NCBI GenBank assembly: GCA_026396195.1
Contig: JAPLXH010000006.1
Coordinates: 77,784-141,783 of the forward strand
Origin: Candidatus Nealsonbacteria bacterium
GTDB taxonomy: Bacteria; Patescibacteriota; Minisyncoccia; Minisyncoccales; JAGGXC01
Length of the DNA stretch: 64,000 bases
Reading direction: 5' to 3'
Position numbers and translations under genes: made by a program. The notes under the pieces are model-generated. The model was not told the origin of the DNA and did no database searches. It worked only from the letters and a program-made list of their open reading frames with translations. Below, one piece after another: positions 16,443 to 25,611 of this stretch. The number at the start of each line of letters is the position of its first letter. The stretch's first letter is position 1.

Positions 16443-16971
16443 CACCTTGCCCTCATGTTTCCATAAGGAGTGGACTATATCTTCATCTTGTTCCGATTTC
16501 ATCGAAATTTAGATGTTCCGGTATCTAGTCTCTACGGAGCCCCCGCCAAGGCGGGGTTCCCACGGTATTACCCTGAGCTTACTTAAGGGCTTCACCGTTA
16601 TCCCGGAATGTTTCATTCCAAAATTTCTTTTGGAAGCTGCGTAATGCCTACGTGCAATTCTCTATGACAATTTGCGCACAATAAAATACATTTATCAATT
16701 TCTTTTTTTACTTTCTCCCACGATCTTGTATATCCCTTATCAGAAATTGAAAAATCTTTTTCAGAATTATTAAGATGGTGGAATTCTAAAGCTTGAATGC
16801 ATTGATTATAACCGCATACAATACATTTGCCACCCTTATATTCTATCGACATTTGTCGAATTTTCCTTCTTCTTTTCGCTACTGCTTTTATAAGATATTT
16901 TGCACGATCGGCGTATTTTCTTCTGTCTGGCATAAATTTAATTAATTTTACCAAAAAAGAAGAATTGTGTC
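16443..16971 (-). mobile_element. group I intron (529 nt) in the tRNA anticodon loop, carrying an HNH ORF
   Basis: An R element CCGTAGAGACTAGAT (16523-16535) and an S element AAGATATAGTCC (16472-16483, exact match to the group I consensus) form P7 (GACUA/UAGUC). The 5' exon ends in U and the intron ends in G (16443). P1/IGS could not be assigned by eye. Confidence 0.75.
16613..16954 (-). CDS. HNH homing endonuclease (intron-encoded)
   Basis: CIVCGYNQCIQALEFHHLNN...CILLCANCHRELH matches the pattern CxxC...HH...CxxCH...H. The track start is TTG at 16954; the alternative is ATG at 16933. Confidence 0.8.
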   Translation of the reverse strand: MVKLIKFMPDRRKYADRAKYLIKAVAKRRRKIRQMSIEYKGGKCIVCGYNQCIQALEFHHLNNSEKDFSISDKGYTRSWEKVKKEIDKCILLCANCHRELHVGITQLPKEILE

Positions 16972-17013
16972 ACAGGCACCCGCGCTACCATTGCGCCACC
17001 GCGGAATATTTCT

Positions 17014-17041
17014 ATTATAATGAAATTTCTAAAAAAATCAA
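17014..17041 (-). promoter_or_regulatory. sigma70-type promoter for the tRNA (TTGATT-16-TATAAT)
   Basis: On the minus strand: TTGATT (17041-17036), a 16-nt spacer, then TATAAT (17019-17014). The hexamer ends 8 nt before the tRNA 5' end. Confidence 0.45.
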
Positions 17042-18250
17042 TTAGTAGCCTTTTAGTTTTTGCAAAGAGCGATGTTGTCGGATTTTTTCAAGGGCTTTGG
17101 CTTCAATTTGTCTTATTCTTTCCCGAGTTACGCCAAAAACCTTGCCCACTTCTTCCAAAGTGTGATTTATTCCGTCTTTCAAACCAAATCTCATGGAAAG
17201 AATTTTATGCTCTCTGGGAGTTAAATCAACTAAAATCTCTTCCAGTTGTTTTCTCAAAAAAGCTCTGGCGGCTTTTGTCTGGGGAGGCGGAGTTTTTTCA
17301 TCTTCAACAAACTCCAATAAAATACTGTCTCCGTCTTCATCTCCCACCGGTGTTTCCAAGGAAATGGTTTTTTGGGAAATTTTCATTACATGATGAACCT
17401 TTTCTACTTCAATGCCCATTTCAGCCGCAATTTCCTCAGGAAAAGGCTCCCGCCTCAGGTTCTGAGACAGCTGTCTTCTGACTTTTGTGTATTTGGAAAT
17501 AGTTTCCACCATGTGAACCGGAATTCTGATGGTTCTGGCCTGGTCGGCCAAAGCCCGGGTAACAGCTTGTCTTATCCACCAAGTTGCATAAGTTGAAAAT
17601 TTATAACCTCTCCGCCAATCAAATTTTTCCACTGCCCGGAATAAGCCCAAATTGCCCTCTTGAATCAAGTCCAGCATAGTTAGGTTAGGAGAACGGCCAA
17701 CATATTTTTTAGCAATAGAAACCACCAATCTTAGATTGGCCTTAGCCAAGCTTTTTTTAGCCTCTTCGTCTCCTTTTTCAATAAGCTTTGCCAATTCTTT
17801 TTCCTCTTTCGCGTTCAAAAAAGGAGTTTTACCGATTTCTTTTAAATAAATTTGCACCAAATCAACCCCTTCTCCTCTTGCCGGCTTTACCTTGACCCCT
17901 TTAACTTCCAAAAATTCTCTTGATTGCTTGACTTCAATACCTTGCTTCTCCAATTCTTTATACAAATCTTCCAGGCCGGAGATATCATTTTCCATATCCG
18001 GAAAATGATACAAAAGTTCGGAAAAAGTGATAAACCCTCTGGACTTGCCTTTTTTAATCAGCTCCGCTATCTTTTCGGGAGTAAAAACTTTCTTTTTTCT
18101 CCCCCTGGTTTCTTTGGGCGATTTCTTGGTTTTTTTCTTTTTCTTTGCTTTTTTCTTTTTCGTTTTTTTAATTTTTTTCTTTTTTGCGGTTTTCTTTCCG
18201 GTTTTTTTCGCCTTTTTTGTTTTCTTCTTTTTATTTTTTTTCTTTGCCAT
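17042..18250 (-). CDS. rpoD: primary sigma factor RpoD with Lys-rich N-terminal extension
   Basis: Regions 1.2-4 are present ([27 protein letters not shown]; region 4 [19 protein letters not shown]). The first ~55 aa are poly-K. Confidence 0.9.
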   Translation of the reverse strand: MAKKKNKKKKTKKAKKTGKKTAKKKKIKKTKKKKAKKKKKTKKSPKETRGRKKKVFTPEKIAELIKKGKSRGFITFSELLYHFPDMENDISGLEDLYKELEKQGIEVKQSREFLEVKGVKVKPARGEGVDLVQIYLKEIGKTPFLNAKEEKELAKLIEKGDEEAKKSLAKANLRLVVSIAKKYVGRSPNLTMLDLIQEGNLGLFRAVEKFDWRRGYKFSTYATWWIRQAVTRALADQARTIRIPVHMVETISKYTKVRRQLSQNLRREPFPEEIAAEMGIEVEKVHHVMKISQKTISLETPVGDEDGDSILLEFVEDEKTPPPQTKAARAFLRKQLEEILVDLTPREHKILSMRFGLKDGINHTLEEVGKVFGVTRERIRQIEAKALEKIRQHRSLQKLKGY

Positions 18251-18253
18251 AAT

Positions 18254-20044
18254 TTAATTATTATTAATTAACTCTTTTGACAAATCATTAAATTGCCTCA
18301 CCAGTTCCTCTATTTTTTTATAATCTTTTTCGTTCTCGGACTTTTTAATTTCTTTGGCAATTTTTTCCAATCTTTCTTTAATGTCAAAACCCCTGATTTC
18401 CCGCAGACAAACTTTTGTTTCCTGGCAGGGGTCCATTTCACAAAATTCCTCGTCAATCTCCGCTTTTAAAAGCAAAGGATTTAAAAATTCAATTTCCCCT
18501 TCCGGCAAATCTTTTTGAAAATCGGCGAACCTGATTTTAAAATCGGAAAAATCTTTATCTTCCTGAAAAAATTTCTTAAATTTCGAAACAAAGCCCGAGG
18601 CGTTTCCGCCCAGCAAACAAATATCGTTATCACAGATTAACTTGTGATTTTCGGGTTTCCTTAAAAGAAGAGAAAGCAATCTTTCCTCTGTTTTCTCTTT
18701 TCTTGATTTAGCAACGCTTTCCACTTCGACCTTATCTTCTTCGTCCATTAAATTGTAATTTTGGTCTTTAATTTTTTTAAGCTCCTCTTCAACGTCCTCC
18801 ATTCTGACTTCCAGGCTCTTGGATAACTTTTGAATCCAGTGTGATTGGACGATTTTATTGGGAATTCTTTTTATAACGGGCAACAGAATTTTTGAAATTT
18901 CTTTTTTACCTTCGGGAGTTGTTTTATCAATCCGGGAAAGGGTGGTATCAAAATAAAAATCCAGAATTGATTTTGCCTGGCTGATTAATTTTTCCCATTC
19001 CTTTGGGTCCTTGGAAATAACATCAGCCGGGTCGGTATCTTGAGGCGTATTAAGGATTTTGATATTAAAATCCAAACTCTGGGCTAAGTCTATCCCTCTT
19101 TTGGTTGCCGTATCGCCGGCCAAATCCATGTCAAAGGCTAAAATCAAATTTTCCGAATATCTTTTTAAAATTTTTAATTGAAAAAGAGTTAAAGCGGTTC
19201 CGGAAGCAGCCACCACATTTTCCTGGCCAACCTGGTGAGATAAAATACAATCGGTATATCCTTCAACTAAAACAACCGAGTCCCTTCTTCTGATTTCCAC
19301 CTTCGCTTGGTCCAATCCGTACAGGGTTCGGCCCTTGTCATACAAAAGAGTGGCGGGAGTGTTTACGTATTTGGCTATTTCGTCTTTTTCTTTGGGTCCG
19401 AAAATCCGGCCGCCAAAACCTGTCACTTGGGAGTTAATATCGAAAACCGGAAACATAATCCGGCTTTGAAAGCGGTCGTAATAGTTTCCCCTGTCGTTTT
19501 CAATGGCTAAACCCGATTTTACGATTTCTTTTATTTTATATCCCTGGGAAATCAAAAAATCGCTTAATCCCCTGAAATTATCCGGGGCATAGCCGATTCT
19601 CCATTTATTTATTGAATCTTGGGTTATATTCCGCCCTAAAAGATATTTTTTAGCCGATTGTCCCGCGTTGTTTCCCTCTAATTGCTTCTCAAAAAATTTA
19701 CAAGCCAACTCTGAAATTTCATAAAGATTTTGGCGCTCGGTTCTCATCTCAGGCCTTATCTCCTTTAATTGAATTCCTGCTTTCTGGGCTAAAATTTTTA
19801 AGGCGTCTCCGAATTCTATTCTTTCCACTTCTTTAATAAAACCGAAAATGTCTCCGCCCTTGCCGCAACCGAAACAATGCCAAATCTGACGGGCCGGTGA
19901 AATAAAAAAAGAGGCCTTTTTTTCCGAATGAAAAGGACAGCGAGCCCTGTAATTTGCTCCGCATTTTTGAACTTTAATATAACCGCCGATAACCTCGACT
20001 ATATCCAAGCGGGATTTAATATCATCAATTTGAGAGCCAAACAT
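18254..20044 (-). CDS. dnaG: DNA primase DnaG
   Basis: Zinc finger CPFHSEKKASFFISPARQIWHCFGCGKGGD and a TOPRIM domain (VLVEGYTDC...DMDLAGD). Confidence 0.9.
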   Translation of the reverse strand: MFGSQIDDIKSRLDIVEVIGGYIKVQKCGANYRARCPFHSEKKASFFISPARQIWHCFGCGKGGDIFGFIKEVERIEFGDALKILAQKAGIQLKEIRPEMRTERQNLYEISELACKFFEKQLEGNNAGQSAKKYLLGRNITQDSINKWRIGYAPDNFRGLSDFLISQGYKIKEIVKSGLAIENDRGNYYDRFQSRIMFPVFDINSQVTGFGGRIFGPKEKDEIAKYVNTPATLLYDKGRTLYGLDQAKVEIRRRDSVVLVEGYTDCILSHQVGQENVVAASGTALTLFQLKILKRYSENLILAFDMDLAGDTATKRGIDLAQSLDFNIKILNTPQDTDPADVISKDPKEWEKLISQAKSILDFYFDTTLSRIDKTTPEGKKEISKILLPVIKRIPNKIVQSHWIQKLSKSLEVRMEDVEEELKKIKDQNYNLMDEEDKVEVESVAKSRKEKTEERLLSLLLRKPENHKLICDNDICLLGGNASGFVSKFKKFFQEDKDFSDFKIRFADFQKDLPEGEIEFLNPLLLKAEIDEEFCEMDPCQETKVCLREIRGFDIKERLEKIAKEIKKSENEKDYKKIEELVRQFNDLSKELINNN

Positions 20045-20102
20045 TTTTAAATCTTAAAGTTAATGTTATACTGAAAATAGGTATTTTTATTATACTTAAT
20101 TT

Positions 20103-21134
20103 ATGAGAATTGCTCAAGTGTCTCCCCTTTGGATTCCAACTCCGCCTTACACTTACGGAGGAACGGAGCTGGTAGTCTCCTGGCTGACGGAAGAACTGGT
20201 TAAAAGGGGCCATCAGGTCACGCTTTTTGCTACGGGCGACGCCAAAACTTCGGCTCGCCTTGTTCCAATTTGGCAAAGAAGTTTATGGCGGGCAAGGCTA
20301 TCCGCTCCCCACGCTGTTTTCGGTTTACTTTATCAAAAACTGGTTGAAATGCAAAATGAATTTGATATTATCCATGACCACTGCGAGTTTTATACAGCTC
20401 CCTTCAGCCCTTTTTTAAAACCGCCCATCGTCAGCACGCTTCACCACCCGATTTATGAAGAAATGACCGTTCTTTTTAAAAGATTTTCCAAGATTAATTA
20501 CGTTACCGTTTCTAAAAACCAAAAAAAGAGCAGCCCGGGAATAAATAACGTCAAAACTATTTACCACGGACTGCCGATAGAAAAATATATTTTCAATCCC
20601 GAACCCAAAGATTATTTACTGTGGCTTTCAAAAATTATTCCAACAAAGGGCTTGGCAAGGGCAATTGAAATTGCCATTAAGTCTGGAGAAAAATTAATAA
20701 TCTCGGGAGTTATACCTAAGGATTATCAAGATTACTTTGATTACAGAATCGCCCCCTTAATCGATGGAAAACAAATCCAGTTCGTGGGAGCGGCCGATTT
20801 TAACAAAAAAATAGAACTTTTTAAAAACGCCAAGGCCTTTATTTTCCCGGTAAGAAGGCCCGAGCCCTTCGGTTTGGTGGTTATTGAATCAATGGCTTGC
20901 GGAACGCCGGTCCTTACTTACAAAGAAGGTTCGATGCCCGAAATTATCAAAGACGGAAAAACGGGATTCTTGCTTAACAACCAGGAAGAAATGATTGAAG
21001 CCGTTAAAAAAATAAAGCAAATTGACCGCCTTGATTGTCGAAGATATGTGACTCGCAAGTTTTCTCTCGAAAAAATGGTAAATAAATACGAAGCTCTTTA
21101 CAATACAATTTTAAAAAATGAAAAAAATAAATAA
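20103..21134 (+). CDS. GT4-family glycosyltransferase
   Basis: N-terminus MRIAQVSPLWIPTPPYTYGGTELVV. C-terminal EPFGLVVIESMACGTPV matches the E-x7-E region. Confidence 0.8.
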   Translation: MRIAQVSPLWIPTPPYTYGGTELVVSWLTEELVKRGHQVTLFATGDAKTSARLVPIWQRSLWRARLSAPHAVFGLLYQKLVEMQNEFDIIHDHCEFYTAPFSPFLKPPIVSTLHHPIYEEMTVLFKRFSKINYVTVSKNQKKSSPGINNVKTIYHGLPIEKYIFNPEPKDYLLWLSKIIPTKGLARAIEIAIKSGEKLIISGVIPKDYQDYFDYRIAPLIDGKQIQFVGAADFNKKIELFKNAKAFIFPVRRPEPFGLVVIESMACGTPVLTYKEGSMPEIIKDGKTGFLLNNQEEMIEAVKKIKQIDRLDCRRYVTRKFSLEKMVNKYEALYNTILKNEKNK

Positions 21135-22260
21135 AAAAATAAAAGTTTCTAGCAAAATAAAATTTTTATTTGTAAGCATGGGTCCCGGAGAAACAAGCCA
21201 GGCAAGAGCTCTGGCTAAATTTATTTTTAAAAAAGGAGGCAAAATTATTTTTGCCCTTCATCAAAAAATAAACTTTCATTTTCTTGAAAAAGACAAAAAT
21301 AATTTTGAAATTTTTTTAACGGAAAGCCCATCTAAATTAAACCTATTGATAAAAACAAAAAGGCCGGATGTTCTTTTGTTTTTTAATTCAAAAACTTGGG
21401 GAAGACACCAAGAATTTCAACAAATACCCCCTTCCCCAAAACCACTTACGCTTTGTGTCGATTCCAATTGGTTGTTTAACGATAAAAAATATCCTTTTTT
21501 TAATTTTATAAAATGGGCGGATAATTATTTAATTAATATCCCCGAAAAAATATTTAATTTCGGTTTGAAAGAAAACGGGGGAAATTTTGTTATTTCTTCT
21601 CAAACGAAAAATAAAATAAAAATAGTAGGACTTATCCCTTATTACAGGAAAATTTCTTTTAAAGAAAGATTAAATATAAGGAAAAAATATAAAATTAAAG
21701 GAAATGAAAAATTTATTTTTTCCTATTTTAGCGGATTTGGCGCCGGACACAGAATTTGGGCCTTTGATAATCTGCTGAAAGCGACGGAAAAAATTATTAA
21801 AAAGGGTTTGAAAATTAAATTATTGTATCTGGGACCTACGGATAATATAAATCCGGAAAAATTAAAAAAAGACTGGATTATTTTAAAAAATTCCTTGTCC
21901 TCCGATGAATTTTATTCCGTTTTAGCTTCCTGCGACTTAATATTTCAGCACCAAGGATTGGCAACCTTATCCCAAGCGATTTCAGCCCAAATTCCCGTGA
22001 TAGCTAATGTTGCAAGACAACCAAAAGCAAGCTTACCGAAAATTCATTTCTGGGAAGTGGAACCCTTTAAAAAAGCTGGGGTTTGTTCTTTACTTTCCAA
22101 ATCCACTCCTATTGATAAAATAGCCAAAGAAATTATAAAACTTCTTTATGATTCTTTGGCAATAAAAAAAATGAGAGAAGTGCAAAAAAAATATTGCGTT
22201 CCCGGAGAAATAGAAGCTTATAAAATAATAAAAGAGTTATTAATTAATAAAAACAAATGA
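21118..22260 (+). CDS. hypothetical GT-B-fold-like protein (GT1/GT28-like C-terminal half)
   Basis: 380 aa. FQHQGLATLSQAISAQIPVIANV resembles the hhGGxgT...G.P motif of GT-B enzymes. It overlaps the upstream GT4 by 17 nt and the downstream GT4 by 4 nt. Confidence 0.4.
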   Translation: MKKINKKIKVSSKIKFLFVSMGPGETSQARALAKFIFKKGGKIIFALHQKINFHFLEKDKNNFEIFLTESPSKLNLLIKTKRPDVLLFFNSKTWGRHQEFQQIPPSPKPLTLCVDSNWLFNDKKYPFFNFIKWADNYLINIPEKIFNFGLKENGGNFVISSQTKNKIKIVGLIPYYRKISFKERLNIRKKYKIKGNEKFIFSYFSGFGAGHRIWAFDNLLKATEKIIKKGLKIKLLYLGPTDNINPEKLKKDWIILKNSLSSDEFYSVLASCDLIFQHQGLATLSQAISAQIPVIANVARQPKASLPKIHFWEVEPFKKAGVCSLLSKSTPIDKIAKEIIKLLYDSLAIKKMREVQKKYCVPGEIEAYKIIKELLINKNK

Positions 22261-23345
22261 AAAAATTGAGAATCGGACAGATAGGACCGCTTAATCTCCC
22301 AATTCCTCCTAAAAAATACGGCGGAACGGAAAAAATTATCTATTCTCTTTGTGAGGGTCTGACAAAAAAAGGACACGAGGTTTTTCTTTTTGCCGCCAAA
22401 GATTCAAAAACCAGCGCTCATCTTTGTCCTATTGTTGAAAAGAGCCTCTGGACTTTAAAAATAAAACCCCAAGAATATGCTCCCTATTATGCTTATCAAA
22501 TGGCAATAGTCGCCCAAAAAGCAAAAAAATTAAAATTAGATATTATCCATGACCACTTGGGCCCTTGGAGCCTAGCACTTTACGGCCAAACAAAAATTCC
22601 CATAGTCCATACTCTTCACGTCCCTTTTAGAAAAAAAGACAGAATCTGGGCTTACCGAAAATTAAATTCTAAATTAATTTCTATTTCTTTTGCCCAAAGA
22701 AAACCAGCCCCTGACTTAAACTATGTAGCCAATATTTATAATGGAATTGATTTATCTCTTTACCCTTTCAATCCAAAACCCAAAGATTATTTTATCTGGG
22801 TAGGAGAGCTTTCTCCCAGAAAAGGAATAATGGAAGTAATTGAAATCGCTAAATTAGCTAAATTAAAATTAATTATAATAGGAAGAATTCCGCCTCCGGT
22901 CCAAAAAATTGACTATGATTTTTTTAATCAATATATTAAAAAAAATCTGAACAAAGGAAATGCTAAATATCTGGGAGAATTAAATCAGGAAAAAATCGGA
23001 AAATATTATAAAGAGGCAAAGGCCTTTCTTTATCCCTTACAATGGGAAGAACCCTTCGGTCTCACAATGACCGAATCAATGGCTTGCGGTACTCCGGTTA
23101 TTGCCTTCAAAAGAGGCTCGGTTCCGGAAGTAATTAAAGACAATAAAACCGGACTTATAGTTTCTCCTTTGGAAAAAAATGGAAAAATTAATTTAAAAGG
23201 ATTTATCCAAGCGATAAAAAAAATCGGCCAAATAGACCGAAAAGAATGCAGAGATTTGGTCAAAGAAAATTTTTCAGAGGAAATGATGATTGATAACTAC
23301 GAAAAAACTTTTCTTAAAATTCTAGATCAACGCTCCTCTCGATAA
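22257..23345 (+). CDS. GT4-family glycosyltransferase (paralog of 20103)
   Basis: MKKLRIGQIGPLNLPIPPKKYGGTEKII and EPFGLTMTESMACGTPV. Confidence 0.8.
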   Translation: MKKLRIGQIGPLNLPIPPKKYGGTEKIIYSLCEGLTKKGHEVFLFAAKDSKTSAHLCPIVEKSLWTLKIKPQEYAPYYAYQMAIVAQKAKKLKLDIIHDHLGPWSLALYGQTKIPIVHTLHVPFRKKDRIWAYRKLNSKLISISFAQRKPAPDLNYVANIYNGIDLSLYPFNPKPKDYFIWVGELSPRKGIMEVIEIAKLAKLKLIIIGRIPPPVQKIDYDFFNQYIKKNLNKGNAKYLGELNQEKIGKYYKEAKAFLYPLQWEEPFGLTMTESMACGTPVIAFKRGSVPEVIKDNKTGLIVSPLEKNGKINLKGFIQAIKKIGQIDRKECRDLVKENFSEEMMIDNYEKTFLKILDQRSSR

Positions 23346-23347
23346 AA

Positions 23348-24541
23348 TTAAGCGACAAAATTAAGCAAAGCAGCCGAAGCCCAAGCTTGAGGATAACAAG
23401 GTTTTTTCTCATTTTTTAAAATAATTTTATTGTTTACAGCGCTGTAAAATTCCGGTAAAAATCCTAATTCGTTGTGGACCCTTAAAAGGGATTTTTTAAT
23501 TTTCTGATATTCTTTTTTTAAACCCATTTCTTTCAGGCCCTCGGCGATTATCCAATTGTCGTGAGGCCAAATTGTTCCCCTCTGGTAACAAAAAGGGTCA
23601 AAATCAGGTTCCCTTGCGGAGTGATTTCTTATGCCAAAAGAAGTCCAAAGGTCTTTTTTAAAAATTCGTTTAACAACGGCCTTTGCTTTATCGGATTCGC
23701 AAATCCCGGTAAAAAGAAGCTGGCCCGGATTTGAGGTTATAATTTTTTGCTGTTGGTTTTTTCCGTCAATGGCCAAAGAGAAAAATTTTTCCGAAGAAAA
23801 CCAAAATTTTTCGTTAAACGATTTTTTTAATCTTTTTGCTCTTTGTTCAAGATCTTTTTCCAAAAATGGTTCCTTCATAATTTTCGCCATTTTAACTCCC
23901 GACAACAAAGCAAAATAAGCGTAGCCCTGAACCTCAACCACGGAAATTGGAGACGCCATTTTTTCTATTGGTCCTCCCCAACCGTCTTTCCAGCTCTGGC
24001 TCATCAAGCCCTCGTCAGGATTTCTTTTCTCGTGTTTTAAAAACCCCGTATCCAATCCGCCAAAATTTATCATCCAGTTAATTGCCGATTTGGCGTTAGG
24101 CCATATTTTTTTTAAAAAAACTTTGTCTTTTCCAAGCTCCCAATATTTATTTAATAAAATTAAAAAAAGAGGCGTACTGTCCACGCTAAAATAAACCGGC
24201 TCTCCCCTTTTCAACCATTTGATATGAGCTTTGTATTTTTTCCACCAAACGTCTGAAGTTTCTTTAGGATAATACTCGTGGATAATTTTACCCGGCTCCT
24301 CTCCGGTTTTATAATCTATTTTTTTTCCCTGATAAAGCGCCAGTATTTCCAAAGTTTTTCTGGCAATTTCAGGTTTCAATTCAAGTAGTTGCCAGGAAGT
24401 AATCAAAGAATCTCTGCCAAAAAGACCCAGCAATCTTGGATAACCGGCCATAATAAATCCCAGTTGAGGGTGCAAAAGCGATTCAATTTCGTGCCAAAGT
24501 TTTTTCTTGATTTCTTTTGTTGATTTTGTTGTATTGTTCAT
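23348..24541 (-). CDS. amylo-alpha-1,6-glucosidase / glycogen-debranching-enzyme C-terminal-like (alpha/alpha)6 barrel protein
   Basis: LFGRDSLITSWQLL, SWKDGWGG and GTIWPHDNW motifs are typical of the GDE_C family. Confidence 0.7.
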   Translation of the reverse strand: MNNTTKSTKEIKKKLWHEIESLLHPQLGFIMAGYPRLLGLFGRDSLITSWQLLELKPEIARKTLEILALYQGKKIDYKTGEEPGKIIHEYYPKETSDVWWKKYKAHIKWLKRGEPVYFSVDSTPLFLILLNKYWELGKDKVFLKKIWPNAKSAINWMINFGGLDTGFLKHEKRNPDEGLMSQSWKDGWGGPIEKMASPISVVEVQGYAYFALLSGVKMAKIMKEPFLEKDLEQRAKRLKKSFNEKFWFSSEKFFSLAIDGKNQQQKIITSNPGQLLFTGICESDKAKAVVKRIFKKDLWTSFGIRNHSAREPDFDPFCYQRGTIWPHDNWIIAEGLKEMGLKKEYQKIKKSLLRVHNELGFLPEFYSAVNNKIILKNEKKPCYPQAWASAALLNFVA

Positions 24542-24641
24542 ATCAAACGGTCTTTTTTAATCTTACCAAAAACAGCAACAGAAAGAAATAAAAAAGGGCT
24601 CTTAAATTATTAAGAAACCCATACCATACATAAGGTGCTTT

Positions 24642-24875
24642 CTAGGCGATTTGAATTAATTTCGTTTCGCCTTTTTTGTTTTTGGAATAGAGTTTTCCTT
24701 TCATAAAAAAAACCATATTATTTTTCTTGTCTATTACCCGGGAATTATCTATCCAGTATAAAGCTCCGCATTTTTCACAGGCAAAAGCTACGTTTTCGTA
24801 GGGACATCCCATTTGAAGCTGCCTCGGAGTAACTTTATCGACTATTCCATTACAATCTTCTTCTATACATCTCAT
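24642..24875 (-). CDS. small Cys-containing hypothetical protein (possible zinc ribbon)
   Basis: 77 aa with C3, C8, C24, C33 and C36 (CEKCG). Confidence 0.4.
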   Translation of the reverse strand: MRCIEEDCNGIVDKVTPRQLQMGCPYENVAFACEKCGALYWIDNSRVIDKKNNMVFFMKGKLYSKNKKGETKLIQIA

Positions 24876-25040
24876 TCTCTTTCCACATCCTTTAATTTTA
24901 ACAGAAAAGGGTATCTTTTATTGATTTTCTAAGGAGAGACGAAAATCAAAACCCTGCTTCCCGCCACGCATACGTTAACACAATAAAAAATTAAATCAAG
25001 GAGTTCTTGTCTCTATAATTCAAAAATCAACTAATTTCTT

Positions 25041-25577
25041 TTAGGCGTTGTTTTTCTTCAATAATTTTCTAAGGTTTCTTTCTAAAAGATTTGTTTTATC
25101 AACAAAAACATAAAGCCCGAAGAAAAAGGCGTCGAAAAGATACCAAATAGCATGCTGAGATAAGTTAGCGTACCATCTTCCTTGAACTCTTATTATATTG
25201 GCGGGAAATAAAACGGTTTTATTGATTGCGAAATCACTTAAAGGATAAAAAATAAAAACTACGCCCGTGACCATATCTAAGCATAAATGAATCATTGCTC
25301 CCGCAAAAAATAAAAAAACCAATGAACGGTATTTAATATTCAATGATTTAAATATTAAATAAAGCCCGAGAAAAAAAATTGGAAAAAATAAAGAATGAGA
25401 AAAACTGATTCTGTCCGCTACAAAAAGATGGGGCTTTAACAAATCCGGAAATATCCCGGCAAAACCAATTACAATAAACCAAAAATAAGGAAAGCTTGTC
25501 TCGTTTTTAGCTTTTTTAATTTTATCGTAAACAGACAAAGATAGAAGCGAGGCTGACAGATGAGCGATTGGTAGCAT
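25041..25577 (-). CDS. membrane-bound metal-dependent hydrolase, YdjM/DUF457-like
   Basis: 178 aa, polytopic. Has the N-terminal MLPIAHL start, FSHSLFFP, and His/Asp residues in the loops. Confidence 0.5.
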   Translation of the reverse strand: MLPIAHLSASLLSLSVYDKIKKAKNETSFPYFWFIVIGFAGIFPDLLKPHLFVADRISFSHSLFFPIFFLGLYLIFKSLNIKYRSLVFLFFAGAMIHLCLDMVTGVVFIFYPLSDFAINKTVLFPANIIRVQGRWYANLSQHAIWYLFDAFFFGLYVFVDKTNLLERNLRKLLKKNNA

Positions 25578-25611
25578 AAAAAATTTTATTTATTTTGACT
25601 TTTATCCAATA

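Larger units (their letters stand above)
16405..17005 (-). tRNA. tRNA-Asn(GUU), best reading, interrupted by a group I intron; exons 17005-16972 and 16442-16405
   Basis: Exon 1 is TCCGCGG-TG-GCGC-AATGGTA-GCGC-G-GGTGC-CTGT. Exon 2 is TAA-GCACT-AGGTT-GTAGG-TTCGAAT-CCTAC-CCGCGGA-G. Joined, they give a 72-nt cloverleaf with all four stems paired, anticodon loop CUGUUAA, U1-A72 and G73 (Asn-like). CCA is not encoded. Confidence 0.7.

Noticed and set aside
16972-16980. Reading the tRNA 5' exon as tRNA-His because the loop appears to read CTGTGAC (GTG anticodon)
   Set aside because: The sequence after the loop does not pair with the anticodon stem. There is no G-1. A His reading would require a 5' exon ending in G or A, which is incompatible with group I splicing. 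The GTG is created by the exon-intron junction.
17020-18271. Several plus-strand ORFs (17020-17481, 17193-17393, 17372-17596, 17924-18271, 18027-18257)
   Set aside because: They are antisense to the well-supported rpoD gene. Their F/L-rich low-complexity translations are the mirror image of the poly-K tract.
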